Shown in pieces: positions 9,966-18,856 of a DNA stretch of 64,000 nucleotides. Both the position numbers and the translations under genes were made by a program. The DNA is taken from contig JBCCQQ010000015.1 of the NCBI GenBank assembly GCA_039024555.1, forward strand, positions 39,627 through 103,626, given 5' to 3'. Numbering within the stretch: position 1 is the stretch's first letter; each line of letters begins with the position of its first letter. Below the pieces are notes generated by a model. The model was not told the DNA's origin. It was given only the letters and a program-made list of their open reading frames with translations, and did not search any database. Origin of the DNA: Cyanobacteria bacterium P01_D01_bin.156 (GTDB lineage: Bacteria; Cyanobacteriota; Cyanobacteriia; Phormidesmidales; Phormidesmidaceae).

Positions 9966-10379
9966 ATGACTACCGAACCTCAGAAAAACCCTATCTGGAA
10001 AAGATTAGAGTCAGGAAGACGTAGTAAAGCTGCCCAGGGCGGCTATGCCGGTTACGGCTCTCCCGCGTTTGGAGAGAAGTCAGTCAATGGCAACTTGGTT
10101 GCTGATGAAAAAGAGCAGCAAATTATTGAACTGATTCGCCGTCACCATAAGTCTGGCAAATCGTTACAGCAAATTGCCAACTGGATGAATACCCAAGGTT
10201 ATAAAACCAAACGAGGTCGAGAATGGCAGCGGATATCAGTCAAACGTGTTTTGGATAGACTCTATGGAAAAACTCCGAGGGTGACGATTCCTCCTTCTAA
10301 TAAAACACTCCCTGGATCTAACAAAGAAAATCAGGAACCTAATTCCCTTAAAAAGCTTAATCAGGGGGAGTCTGAATAG
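9966..10379 (+). CDS. Serine-recombinase C-terminal (Recombinase) domain protein lacking the catalytic domain
   Basis: KRLESGRRSKAAQGGYAGYGSPAFG...IIELIRRHHKSGKSLQQIANWMNTQGYKTKRGREWQRISVKRVL. No N-terminal Y-x-R-x-S resolvase motif. Start taken at MTTEPQ. Confidence 0.8.
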   Translation: MTTEPQKNPIWKRLESGRRSKAAQGGYAGYGSPAFGEKSVNGNLVADEKEQQIIELIRRHHKSGKSLQQIANWMNTQGYKTKRGREWQRISVKRVLDRLYGKTPRVTIPPSNKTLPGSNKENQEPNSLKKLNQGESE

Positions 10380-10468
10380 ATTTAACGTTACATCCCTAAT
10401 ATATACCTTATGTTAACTAAAGTCTATATGGATTAGGGATTCATCCACTCCTATTTGTTACATCCCTA

Positions 10469-11692
10469 ATGAATTCTGATCATGCGTACAATCCAGCTCC
10501 TGTGCCCATAGCGCCGATCGAAAATACTGACGATTCTCGAAGCGACATTTCCCGTACCGCTGGCTCTGCAGTCAGCGATGCATTTCAAACCGTTACTCCT
10601 ATGGTGGTGGATGCGATTGATCGACAGGTGCTAAGGGTGGATGCGGGCTGGCATTTGAGTCAAGCGATCGCAGCTATGGGAGCTGTGCGAAGTAACTGTG
10701 ACTTAAAGGTAGGAGGTAGTCGCAGCCGTCATGCTAGCTGTGCTTTAGTTGTGCAGGGCCAGCGAATCATCGGCATCTTTACTGAACGGGACATTGTTCG
10801 ACTCACGGCCAATGGTGTCGACCTGGGATCCCTCCAAGTTAGAGATGTGATGACATCGCCGGTTAAAACATTGCAGGAGTCGGCATTCCAGGATATTTTT
10901 GCAGTCTTATTTTTATTCCGGCGCTACCGGATTCGCCATTTGCCAATTGTGGATCAGGACAACTGCCCCATCGGCATCGTGACGCCAGAAAGCATTCGAC
11001 GGGTGTTACGCCCTGCCAACTTATTAAAAATGCGGCGGGTGGCTGATGTGATGTCAACCAATGTGATCCATGCAGCGCCTGATGTCTCGGTGATAGAGCT
11101 AGCTCGGCAAATGGCTGAGCACCGGGTCAGCTGTGTTGTGATTGTAGAGGCTGATAGTCAGCCCACTAGCGGTCGCGAGCTCCAGGCATTTGTCCCTGTT
11201 GGCATTGTCACTGAACGAGATATTGTGCAGTTTCAAGCACTGGAGTTAAATTTACAAAGACTAACGGCTCGAGATGTGATGAGTAGTCCGCTATTTTTGC
11301 TCGAGCCCACAGATTCTCTATGGACAGCCCATCAGGAAATGCAGACGCGTCACGTACGGCGGTTAGTGGTCTCTTGGAACTGGGGAAGCGGTTTGGGTAT
11401 TGTGACCCAGACAAGTTTGCTGAGGGTGTTTGACCCAATTGAGATGTACGGCATCATTGAAAGTATGCAGCAGACGCTGGCTCAGATTAGTGACGGCGCA
11501 TTGTCACATCAGAATGATCAATCAGTGAGGGGACAAGGTGAATCTGCACAGATAACAGATTGGTTATTTGATATAGAAACAACATTACTGCGGCTCTCTG
11601 ATGAGAACAATTTACCGATAAACAATCGACAACGGCTGGTTCAAGATGCTTTGCGATCGCTCCAAAAAATCCAAGCTACCCTGAACACGTAA
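10469..11692 (+). CDS. Four-CBS-domain protein
   Basis: Two CBS pairs (IGIFTERDIV, RIRHLPIVD, VGIVTERDIV, HVRRLVV...GIVTQTSLL) and a short helical C-terminus. Confidence 0.88.
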   Translation: MNSDHAYNPAPVPIAPIENTDDSRSDISRTAGSAVSDAFQTVTPMVVDAIDRQVLRVDAGWHLSQAIAAMGAVRSNCDLKVGGSRSRHASCALVVQGQRIIGIFTERDIVRLTANGVDLGSLQVRDVMTSPVKTLQESAFQDIFAVLFLFRRYRIRHLPIVDQDNCPIGIVTPESIRRVLRPANLLKMRRVADVMSTNVIHAAPDVSVIELARQMAEHRVSCVVIVEADSQPTSGRELQAFVPVGIVTERDIVQFQALELNLQRLTARDVMSSPLFLLEPTDSLWTAHQEMQTRHVRRLVVSWNWGSGLGIVTQTSLLRVFDPIEMYGIIESMQQTLAQISDGALSHQNDQSVRGQGESAQITDWLFDIETTLLRLSDENNLPINNRQRLVQDALRSLQKIQATLNT

Positions 11693-11701
11693 GGCCGTGA
11701 G

Positions 11702-14587
11702 CTATCGCTCTGCGGTGCCAGAAGCACAGGCGCTGACGTGTGACTGATAGGGAATTTCCATGAGTAGTTGAACGGTACCATCGGGAGAGATTTCTATTTC
11801 TGTAGCTTCTTGCACCGTATTGGGCAAGAATAACTCTGACCTAGACGATGATTTAAAGAACTCTGTTGTTGGCTGTCGCCAGTCTATCCAGGAAGACTGG
11901 CTTTCGAGTAGAGCCGTTGTGGGTGGAACTCCCCCCTGTCTGGTGATAACAAAAGTATTATTGTCCCCTGGATTGCACTGAGTCGTAATGGCATGGCTAG
12001 TATCCTGAAGGTGACCTGATAGCACCAACGGCTCATAAACAATATTAACGGGCGGACGAACAATGGTAACCGTCCCCTCTAACCCGGATTCTGAGCTAGC
12101 CGTAATATCACTTTGGGAAGTGGTGCGATCGCGAAATTCTAATCCTAACAACGCCTGAGTTCGAATATTGATGTTGCCACCATTGCCCTGTACAGCATTG
12201 GCAATAATATCGCTGTTTTCATGGGGGACACCGACAATAAGCGGAGCTTCAAGGGTAATGTTGCCACCGGTCGATACATCGGTAGCATTGGTGGTAATGG
12301 AGCTACCATGACGGAGCAGCAAAAGTTCCTGGGCATTGACCACAATGTTGCCCTCGGTGCCCCCATTGACCTCTGCCAGTAACCGTCCTCCCTGGTCTAA
12401 CCGAATTGTCTCAGCGGTTAGGGCAACATTTCCAGCTCCACCCTGGCCCAGACCACTTACATTTATTTCGGCACTATTTTGAATGGTAATGTGAGTTCCT
12501 AAAATCGTTATGGTTCCGGCAGCAGCCTCTGTCTCTGAGGCTGAAATTACTCGGCTCGGTAACTGGGTACCATCGGCGAGTATCGACGATGTACCGGAGA
12601 GCATTAGCTCATCCACTGTTAGATAAATATTACCGGCACTACCTTCAGCAAATGTAGATGTATCGATTTGTCCCCCTGCCAACAGGGACAACTGATTGGC
12701 ATTAATCGTAATATCGCCGCCATGGCCTGTCGCGGAGACACTCCCCTTCAGCGTTTCTGGGGCCACAAAACTAGTGATCCCACTAGGGCGATTAAATTCA
12801 TCGGTCAAAATACCATCACTCACCTCAACCACAGCAGCATCAATGAGAATGTCGCCTGCATTTCCGGCCCCAAATGTCGATGCAGAAATAATCCCTCGTT
12901 CTCCTACCTGCAAGTGAGGTGTCTCTAGGCTGATATTCCCCCCATGCCCCCCACCTGCTGAAAAATTAGCAAAGGAATTAAATGTTTCACTGGAAAGAGT
13001 ACTCGAAAAACGGTTGGCCTCTGACTGGCCACCGACGACAATCGAGTCTGACGCCTGCACCCACAAACTGCTGCCATTCCCCGTACCCTCTGTACCCACT
13101 CGAATGGATGCGCCGTCTGTTACCGTCAGATGCTCAGTGTTGATAAACAACGGCCCCCCATTGCCTGAGGCAAGGGTATCTGAAAATAGGCCGGTATTCA
13201 CATTGGGAAAATCCTGAGAGCGTCCTGTTAAATCGACAGTGCTAGCATTAATCACCAGACTGCCCGCATTGCCTGCATCAAGGGTGCCTGCCGTGATCTG
13301 TCCCCCATTACTCACCTGTAATGAGTCCGTATTAAGCATCAAGGAACTTCCCTCAGCCGCTGATACCGTATCCACAAAGACACCGCTAGAGCTGCCAGAT
13401 CCAGTTAGCCCTGAAACCTCTATAGAGTTTGCCGTAATTGTCACAGTGCCCCCGTCACCAGCCCCCGCTGCGATACTTTCTAGGCGAGCTCCATGACTAA
13501 TCACGAGAGAATTGGTTTCAATGGAGAGATCCCCCAGGTTGCCTAGAGATCCCTCTTGCCCATTAATAAGAATGCCACCAGGTAAAACGCCTGCATCTGA
13601 ACCCGCTAGGGTAATCGAATCAGCTGCTCGAATCACCGCATTACCCGCATTCCTTACACTTCCGTTGCCAATATTGTTGGTAATCAACGCCCCTTCAGTA
13701 ATAGAAATTTCTCCCGCCTGTAGGTGAAGATTATTCTCCATTTCTCCTGATGCTTCCACTAAGGCATTCTGAGTAACGCTAAGAGTGCCAAACTCTTCAA
13801 TGTTGCCATAGTCTATGGTTAAACCATCTGGGGTAGATATCAGAGACACCTCCCCTGATTGAGCCACACTGCCGAGTTCAATGCGACCTGCCGCCGCCTT
13901 ACCGCCATCAAACAAAATGTCGCCACCCACAAACGCTAGGGTGTCATCGGACCCTAGGGCAAATCTGCTGCCTCTACTAAAGGCACGGGTCGTGCGAACA
14001 GAAGGAAACGGCGCTCTATTATCCAAAATAAAAAGATTATGACCACTGCCCTGGACCGTAATACTTTGGGGCATGCTGCCAAACTGAAGACCAATGGGAG
14101 TCGAAATACTCAATAAGGGGGCATCTAGGCTACCGGTAGCGCTAAAAACTTGATTGTTATCAAATAAGATTTGGTCTGCCGTTGTTGCAAAAAACGATCC
14201 GCTAAGGGATAAGGTTGCACTTGGCCCAAAAATAATACCATTAGGATTCAGGAGAAAGAGATCAGCACTCCCTGTGGTTCTGAGCTGACCGTTAATGGTT
14301 GAGACTGCATTGCCGGTGACACGGCTAAAAATGGTGTTGATATCAGTGGCATGGTTAAACGTAGCAGACCCGTAGGTGGGCACAGAGAATTCACTAAAGC
14401 TGTGAAAGAGATTATTACCAGTAAGCTCGCCCCCAAGAATTGTAAAGTTAAGGTTGTCCGAGGTTCTCACCCGGGTAGACAGGGTATTATCTGAAGCGAC
14501 CTGGGCGAGGGCGGGGCTAGAAAACGTGCTGATGCCGATGATAATACTGACAACTTTAAGAACGTCAAATCTAAACAGGAAAGGCAT
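11702..14587 (-). CDS. Filamentous-haemagglutinin-like (TPS domain) beta-helix exoprotein
   Basis: Signal peptide ending ALA-Q, NLFHSFSEFSV and LFLLNPNGIIFG (TPS motif), G/N-rich repeats and the cyanobacterial C-terminal NSDIIANA...SDITASS block. Confidence 0.92.
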   Translation of the reverse strand: MPFLFRFDVLKVVSIIIGISTFSSPALAQVASDNTLSTRVRTSDNLNFTILGGELTGNNLFHSFSEFSVPTYGSATFNHATDINTIFSRVTGNAVSTINGQLRTTGSADLFLLNPNGIIFGPSATLSLSGSFFATTADQILFDNNQVFSATGSLDAPLLSISTPIGLQFGSMPQSITVQGSGHNLFILDNRAPFPSVRTTRAFSRGSRFALGSDDTLAFVGGDILFDGGKAAAGRIELGSVAQSGEVSLISTPDGLTIDYGNIEEFGTLSVTQNALVEASGEMENNLHLQAGEISITEGALITNNIGNGSVRNAGNAVIRAADSITLAGSDAGVLPGGILINGQEGSLGNLGDLSIETNSLVISHGARLESIAAGAGDGGTVTITANSIEVSGLTGSGSSSGVFVDTVSAAEGSSLMLNTDSLQVSNGGQITAGTLDAGNAGSLVINASTVDLTGRSQDFPNVNTGLFSDTLASGNGGPLFINTEHLTVTDGASIRVGTEGTGNGSSLWVQASDSIVVGGQSEANRFSSTLSSETFNSFANFSAGGGHGGNISLETPHLQVGERGIISASTFGAGNAGDILIDAAVVEVSDGILTDEFNRPSGITSFVAPETLKGSVSATGHGGDITINANQLSLLAGGQIDTSTFAEGSAGNIYLTVDELMLSGTSSILADGTQLPSRVISASETEAAAGTITILGTHITIQNSAEINVSGLGQGGAGNVALTAETIRLDQGGRLLAEVNGGTEGNIVVNAQELLLLRHGSSITTNATDVSTGGNITLEAPLIVGVPHENSDIIANAVQGNGGNINIRTQALLGLEFRDRTTSQSDITASSESGLEGTVTIVRPPVNIVYEPLVLSGHLQDTSHAITTQCNPGDNNTFVITRQGGVPPTTALLESQSSWIDWRQPTTEFFKSSSRSELFLPNTVQEATEIEISPDGTVQLLMEIPYQSHVSACASGTAER

Positions 14588-14694
14588 ATTCAATCAAGCA
14601 TTTTTCTGACCACCCCTGGGCTGTTAGATGAGTCAAAACAAGGGACATGTTTGTAATCGCGTTTAGTCCAAAGACTCACCTGATATGGAAATGC

Positions 14695-14734
14695 TCCGAT
14701 TTATCGGGACATTTTCCGATTTATCGGGACATTT
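14695..14734. repeat. Perfect 20-bp tandem duplication containing a palindrome
   Basis: TCCGATTTATCGGGACATTT occurs twice (14695-14714 and 14715-14734). The core CCGAT-TT-ATCGG is palindromic. Confidence 0.9.
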
Positions 14735-14794
14735 ACGGTATTGCCCATGTCTTTAAATTACCCAGGTTTGCTTGCTAACCCCTATGGCTTGTTG

Positions 14795-15988
14795 TTATTG
14801 CGCTACCTGTTGCCAGTATTCGTACACACTGGTGGCCATGGTCAGCACCCCCGTGGCAATAGCTTCTTCGTTAACTTCAAACTTAGGATGGTGCAGCGGG
14901 TAGTTATGGCGTCCTTCAAAGCCAATGCCTAGGCGGAACATGTTACCCGGCACTTTTTCAGTATAGAGGGCAAAGTCTTCTGCCCCGGTGGAGGGCTCGG
15001 CTAGCCATTCAATGCGGCTTTCCCCTAGGGCTGTTTCGGCAGCGGCGGCCACAATCTGCACCAGGCTATCGGCATTGACCACGGAGGTTACCAATCGCTG
15101 ATAGCTGATTTCATATTTGGCTCCATGGATGGCGCAGACCCCAGCCACAATATCCTCAACCCACTGGGGTAGCATTTTATGCACATCCGGCTGGAGCGAT
15201 CGCACCGTGCCCTGCATCACCACCCGATCGGCAACCACATTAGCCGCCTTGCCTCCAGAAATTTTACCAATGGTGATCACCGCCGGGTGTAGTGGATTAA
15301 TGTGACGACTCAGGGACTGCTGCAGAGTTGTCATCACCTGGGATGCCACCCAGATAGCATCCACCGCTTGATGGGGGCGAGCACCGTGCCCCGATTCACC
15401 AAGGATGACAATTTCTAAATCATCGGAGGCAGCTGTCAGTGCCCCCCGACGCAGCCCCACCTTACCCGCTTGAATGTTGGGCAACACATGCACTCCAAAA
15501 ATCGCTTTTACATCCGCTAGCACATCATCTTTAATCATCCACTTAGCCCCCTGGGCGGTTTCCTCAGCGGGCTGGAATAAAAAGCGAGTAGTGCCTGGAA
15601 ATATCTGTTGCTGCTCAGTGAGCTCAGCCAGCACCATCGCTGTGCCCAGACCAACGGTCGTGTGTACATCGTGGCCACAGGCATGCATGATGCCTCGATT
15701 TTTAGAGGTAAAGGGCAGCTCCACCTGTTCCAGAATGGGCAGGGCATCCATATCCGTGCGCACCGCCAGAATATCAGCCGTATCTCCTGTGCCCTTTAGG
15801 TTAGCTACCACGCCCGTTTTGCCCACCATTTCCTGCACGTGAAATCCACAGGACGACATCACACCAGCGACATAGGCGGCGGTTTGGTACTCCTGACCGC
15901 TGAGTTCTGGATGGGCATGGATGTGACGACGAATTTCAATTAGGCGGGGGGTAATTTTTTCAGTTATGGCTTTGATTTTGTCGTGCAT
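14795..15988 (-). CDS. M20 family amidohydrolase (N-acyl-L-amino acid amidohydrolase-like)
   Basis: Motifs RRHIHAHPELSGQE, RTDMDALP, MHACGHDVH, FQPAEE, GHGARPH, GAEDF and LHHPKF. Confidence 0.95.
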   Translation of the reverse strand: MHDKIKAITEKITPRLIEIRRHIHAHPELSGQEYQTAAYVAGVMSSCGFHVQEMVGKTGVVANLKGTGDTADILAVRTDMDALPILEQVELPFTSKNRGIMHACGHDVHTTVGLGTAMVLAELTEQQQIFPGTTRFLFQPAEETAQGAKWMIKDDVLADVKAIFGVHVLPNIQAGKVGLRRGALTAASDDLEIVILGESGHGARPHQAVDAIWVASQVMTTLQQSLSRHINPLHPAVITIGKISGGKAANVVADRVVMQGTVRSLQPDVHKMLPQWVEDIVAGVCAIHGAKYEISYQRLVTSVVNADSLVQIVAAAAETALGESRIEWLAEPSTGAEDFALYTEKVPGNMFRLGIGFEGRHNYPLHHPKFEVNEEAIATGVLTMATSVYEYWQQVAQ

Positions 15989-16195
15989 TGGTGTGGAGGG
16001 ATAAGCGTTTATTCAGTGTAAGGAGTTGGGGCGATGGATGCTTGGGCATTAAAGCATTCTGAATGCATAACAATAGAACTTATTCAGTAGGACATAATTA
16101 GACAGCTCCATGGGTCCGCCCGAAATTGCCAAAGTGCCCCCTGAATCCTCCACCGGTTCTACGATAGCCAGCGAGTCCTGAACGTTACTTGTGGT

Positions 16196-16282
16196 CGAGA
16201 ATTAATTGAAGAAACAGCTGATGGGTATCGTTTTCAGGTGGAGCTAATCCGTCGCTGGTTTGCTGAGCACCGATCTTGGTAA
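16196..16282 (+). pseudogene. Relic of the extreme C-terminus of a cyanobacterial AAA/ATP-binding protein
   Basis: Manual translation gives RELIEETADGYRFQVELIRRWFAEHRSW*. There is an in-frame stop upstream at 16142 and no start codon. Confidence 0.5.
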
Positions 16283-16403
16283 CGAGGCTCAAACCCACAC
16301 CAGCTTGAAAATCCACCACTAGCTGAAGGCTGTCTGCTAAAGCGACAAGACCACCTGTGACATTTCAGGGCATCTGCAATGGCCTAAACCTTTTGGCTAC
16401 TAC

Positions 16404-17006
16404 CTACAGCCCAGCTTCTAACACCTGAGATGCTTTAAGCTTAAGGTCTGAAAAACCGGGCGAAACCAAAGCATCACTGCCGACGAATTTCTGCTCTTGA
16501 TACCTTCCAGCCACCAGGGTAAGCACCAAAATAACGGATTCTACCGGATCAATAATCCAATACTCTGGAATGCCGCGCTGCGCATATTCTTGGCGCTTAT
16601 CAACATAATCACGCTCGCGCGACTGCTGATTAGTATCACTGCTCGATACCACCTCTACGACTAGCAAAGGAGCAGGCATTTCAGAGGTGATCAAAGACCG
16701 TTTCTTACCCACCAGTGCCTTAGCACCTGCCTCGGTTACCACCATGAAGTCAGGGTAGCGAGTGTTGGCGGCACTGCCAGATACTGCCATTTCAGTTCCC
16801 CGTCGCAAACAGTAGTAAGGGGCAAATTGTAAAAAGACCGAAAATAATAAGCTGCCGATAACTACATTGATATCGCTCTCAGCACCCATATCGACTAGAA
16901 TTCCGTCCACCAATTCATAACGAGTATCTGTACCATCGTCAAAACTCAGATACTCTTCCAGAGACATGGTTCGGTTCGTTGTGGTTGTCATCGGAGAAAG
17001 TGCCAT
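16404..17006 (-). CDS. Uma2 (DUF820) family putative endonuclease
   Basis: Motifs YELVDGIL, RYPDFMV, LVVEVVS and DYVDKRQEYAQRGIPEYWIIDP. Confidence 0.93.
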   Translation of the reverse strand: MALSPMTTTTNRTMSLEEYLSFDDGTDTRYELVDGILVDMGAESDINVVIGSLLFSVFLQFAPYYCLRRGTEMAVSGSAANTRYPDFMVVTEAGAKALVGKKRSLITSEMPAPLLVVEVVSSSDTNQQSRERDYVDKRQEYAQRGIPEYWIIDPVESVILVLTLVAGRYQEQKFVGSDALVSPGFSDLKLKASQVLEAGL

Positions 17007-17265
17007 CAACAGTTAACCAGCTGGTTTTAGGATAGCGCTTTATCTTGATTGCATGCGAAAAGGCATTAGTCCCGTTATTCAAGGAAATTATGCAGGTAAC
17101 CCCTTAATTGATTAGGCAAAATGTCATCATCAGCATTTTTTAGGGATGACTCCCTACTTCGCAGAAACTATAGTTAGTTCCCTTGTCTGCGTTTCCTATA
17201 AAAACCAGATTGGGTATAAAAACTATTAGACGACGCATAGCAGGCGCATTCACAGTCATTCTGAG

Positions 17266-17904
17266 ATGAAACAGCTTAAACAAGTATGGTCACTGGCTCC
17301 CAAGGTAACAAGGTTGCTACTGATTGCAATTATTGCGATCGCAGTGGGCAGCAGCGTTATGGCAGCGCAGCCTAATCTCCCGGTTACCCAACCAACCAAG
17401 ACCCAACTGCTCAGCCGTCGTACATCCCCCGGAATTTATTCCGCCCCTTCTAGCTGTTCTATGGCAGCGCCCGTTGTGCCTGCATTGGTTACCGTTGCAG
17501 AAGTCGAAAGGAGACAATTCCAGGCAGATTTTGCCAAATTTATTGAAGAACAAGCCAAAATAGACCAGGAAGCGGGTCTAACCTTCAATCGAGATGTGTT
17601 AACCATCGAAAAATATCGTCTTGACTGCGACATTCTGGCGGTTCAGGCCAGACAGGTTTTACAGGCAGATAGGAATTTTCCTCAGCCGGATGTGCCGATC
17701 ACAGATTTAGAACTGGTGCTACGTCAACAGCAGTTTGACATTGCCGAACAGATTGATGAAGAAACTACCCTGGCCCAAGAGGCTGGACTAACCTCCTTAG
17801 ATCGACTGTGGCAAGCCCGTCGCGATCGCATCGACTCAGAAATTTTGTGGCTACAAGCGAAGGAACAAAAGAGACTTCAGGATCTGCAAAATAATTCAAA
17901 CTAG
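17266..17904 (+). CDS. Secreted hypothetical protein with two TolC/OEP-like helical repeats
   Basis: N-terminal signal peptide. Internal repeat QEAGLTFNRDVLTIEKYRLDCDIL versus QEAGLTSLDRLWQARRDRIDSEIL. Confidence 0.7.
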   Translation: MKQLKQVWSLAPKVTRLLLIAIIAIAVGSSVMAAQPNLPVTQPTKTQLLSRRTSPGIYSAPSSCSMAAPVVPALVTVAEVERRQFQADFAKFIEEQAKIDQEAGLTFNRDVLTIEKYRLDCDILAVQARQVLQADRNFPQPDVPITDLELVLRQQQFDIAEQIDEETTLAQEAGLTSLDRLWQARRDRIDSEILWLQAKEQKRLQDLQNNSN

Positions 17905-18159
17905 ACAAGTGTCAAATGCGGACGTTGCCTGCCAGGTCAACAGAAGAGATGTAATGCACACAGCGGCACATCCAGTAAGCAAAAAAATTATTTCTTTGTA
18001 AATCTCCGCTGATTTTTAAAAGTTTGTATAAGGTTTAATTTCTTATCCTGATGGACCCAAGGGATAATGTTCCCATAATATTCTCTTTACCTAGGGCCAT
18101 TATCTTAGCTTCCGGGTGAGTGTCGAGTAATCTCATGCGAAAGGTAACCTCATGGTTTT

Positions 18160-18178
18160 GTTAATCTCTTCTTAACTG
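18160..18178 (+). promoter_or_regulatory. Possible SphR/Pho-box half-sites
   Basis: GTTAATCT and CTTAACTG lie in 11-bp register and resemble the cyanobacterial PyTTAAPyPy(T/A) repeat. They sit upstream of phosphatase-related genes, but only two repeats are visible. Confidence 0.35.
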
Positions 18179-18301
18179 TGTTCCCTTGGCATTGAGGCTT
18201 ATTTCACTCGGGGGGACACAGCTCTATTGAGCTACTAGCTAAGCCGCGACCTAGGTCTTTTCCGCTCTGCCTGCTGTTTAGCACCAGGCTGTTATTTTGT
18301 C

Positions 18302-18673
18302 ATGCCAACGTCTGTTCAAGCCGCTACGTTTAACGCATTTCTCAACCTCGTCAATTTCGAAGAATTGTTGGTTAGTTTATCTTCTTCAGATGATGCCCAG
18401 GCTCGGTTAATCGCCACCATGATTCAACCCATTAAATCTGACGGAGGTGGCAGCGGCATCGATACGTTTGTGCTGGCAGTTGGCGAAGGCACAGACACCA
18501 TCGTTGATTTTCAAACTGGCATGGATCTGATTGGTCTAGCCGAAGGATTGAGTCTTGGACAGTTAACTCAAACTGTTCAGGATAGCGACTTGTTATTAAG
18601 TATTGCGAGTGAGACTTTGGCGTTGGTTCAGGGAGTTACTGCTCTGAACGATGAGTCCTTTGTTCAACTATAA
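18302..18673 (+). pseudogene. Internally deleted relic of a large secreted EEP-phosphatase/RTX protein
   Basis: The N-terminus AATFNAFLN...SSSDDAQARLIATMIQ resembles the start of the ATFNASLNR-type EEP domain. It is joined directly to a C-terminal T1SS-type block (DTFVLAVGEGTDTIVDF) paralogous to the end of the 2339-aa neighbour. Confidence 0.6.
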
Positions 18674-18856
18674 GGTCGTGCTGATTCTAGGTACAGGAAA
18701 CTCTGTACAGTGTTGGCAATTTAGCCAAACTCTCCTGCAGACCCTGCCCCAGATCAGCAACGGCTAATCCCACACGGGGAGAAATCTTGCAGCCCATTTT
18801 CTCCCCGCGGGCTATGGGGGCTGTTTTATAAATCGCTTGTTATTTGTGGAGAGACC

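Noticed and set aside
14695..14734. Possible CRISPR repeat
   Set aside because: The two units are directly adjacent with no spacer, and there are no cas genes. I saw no CRISPR array anywhere in the window.
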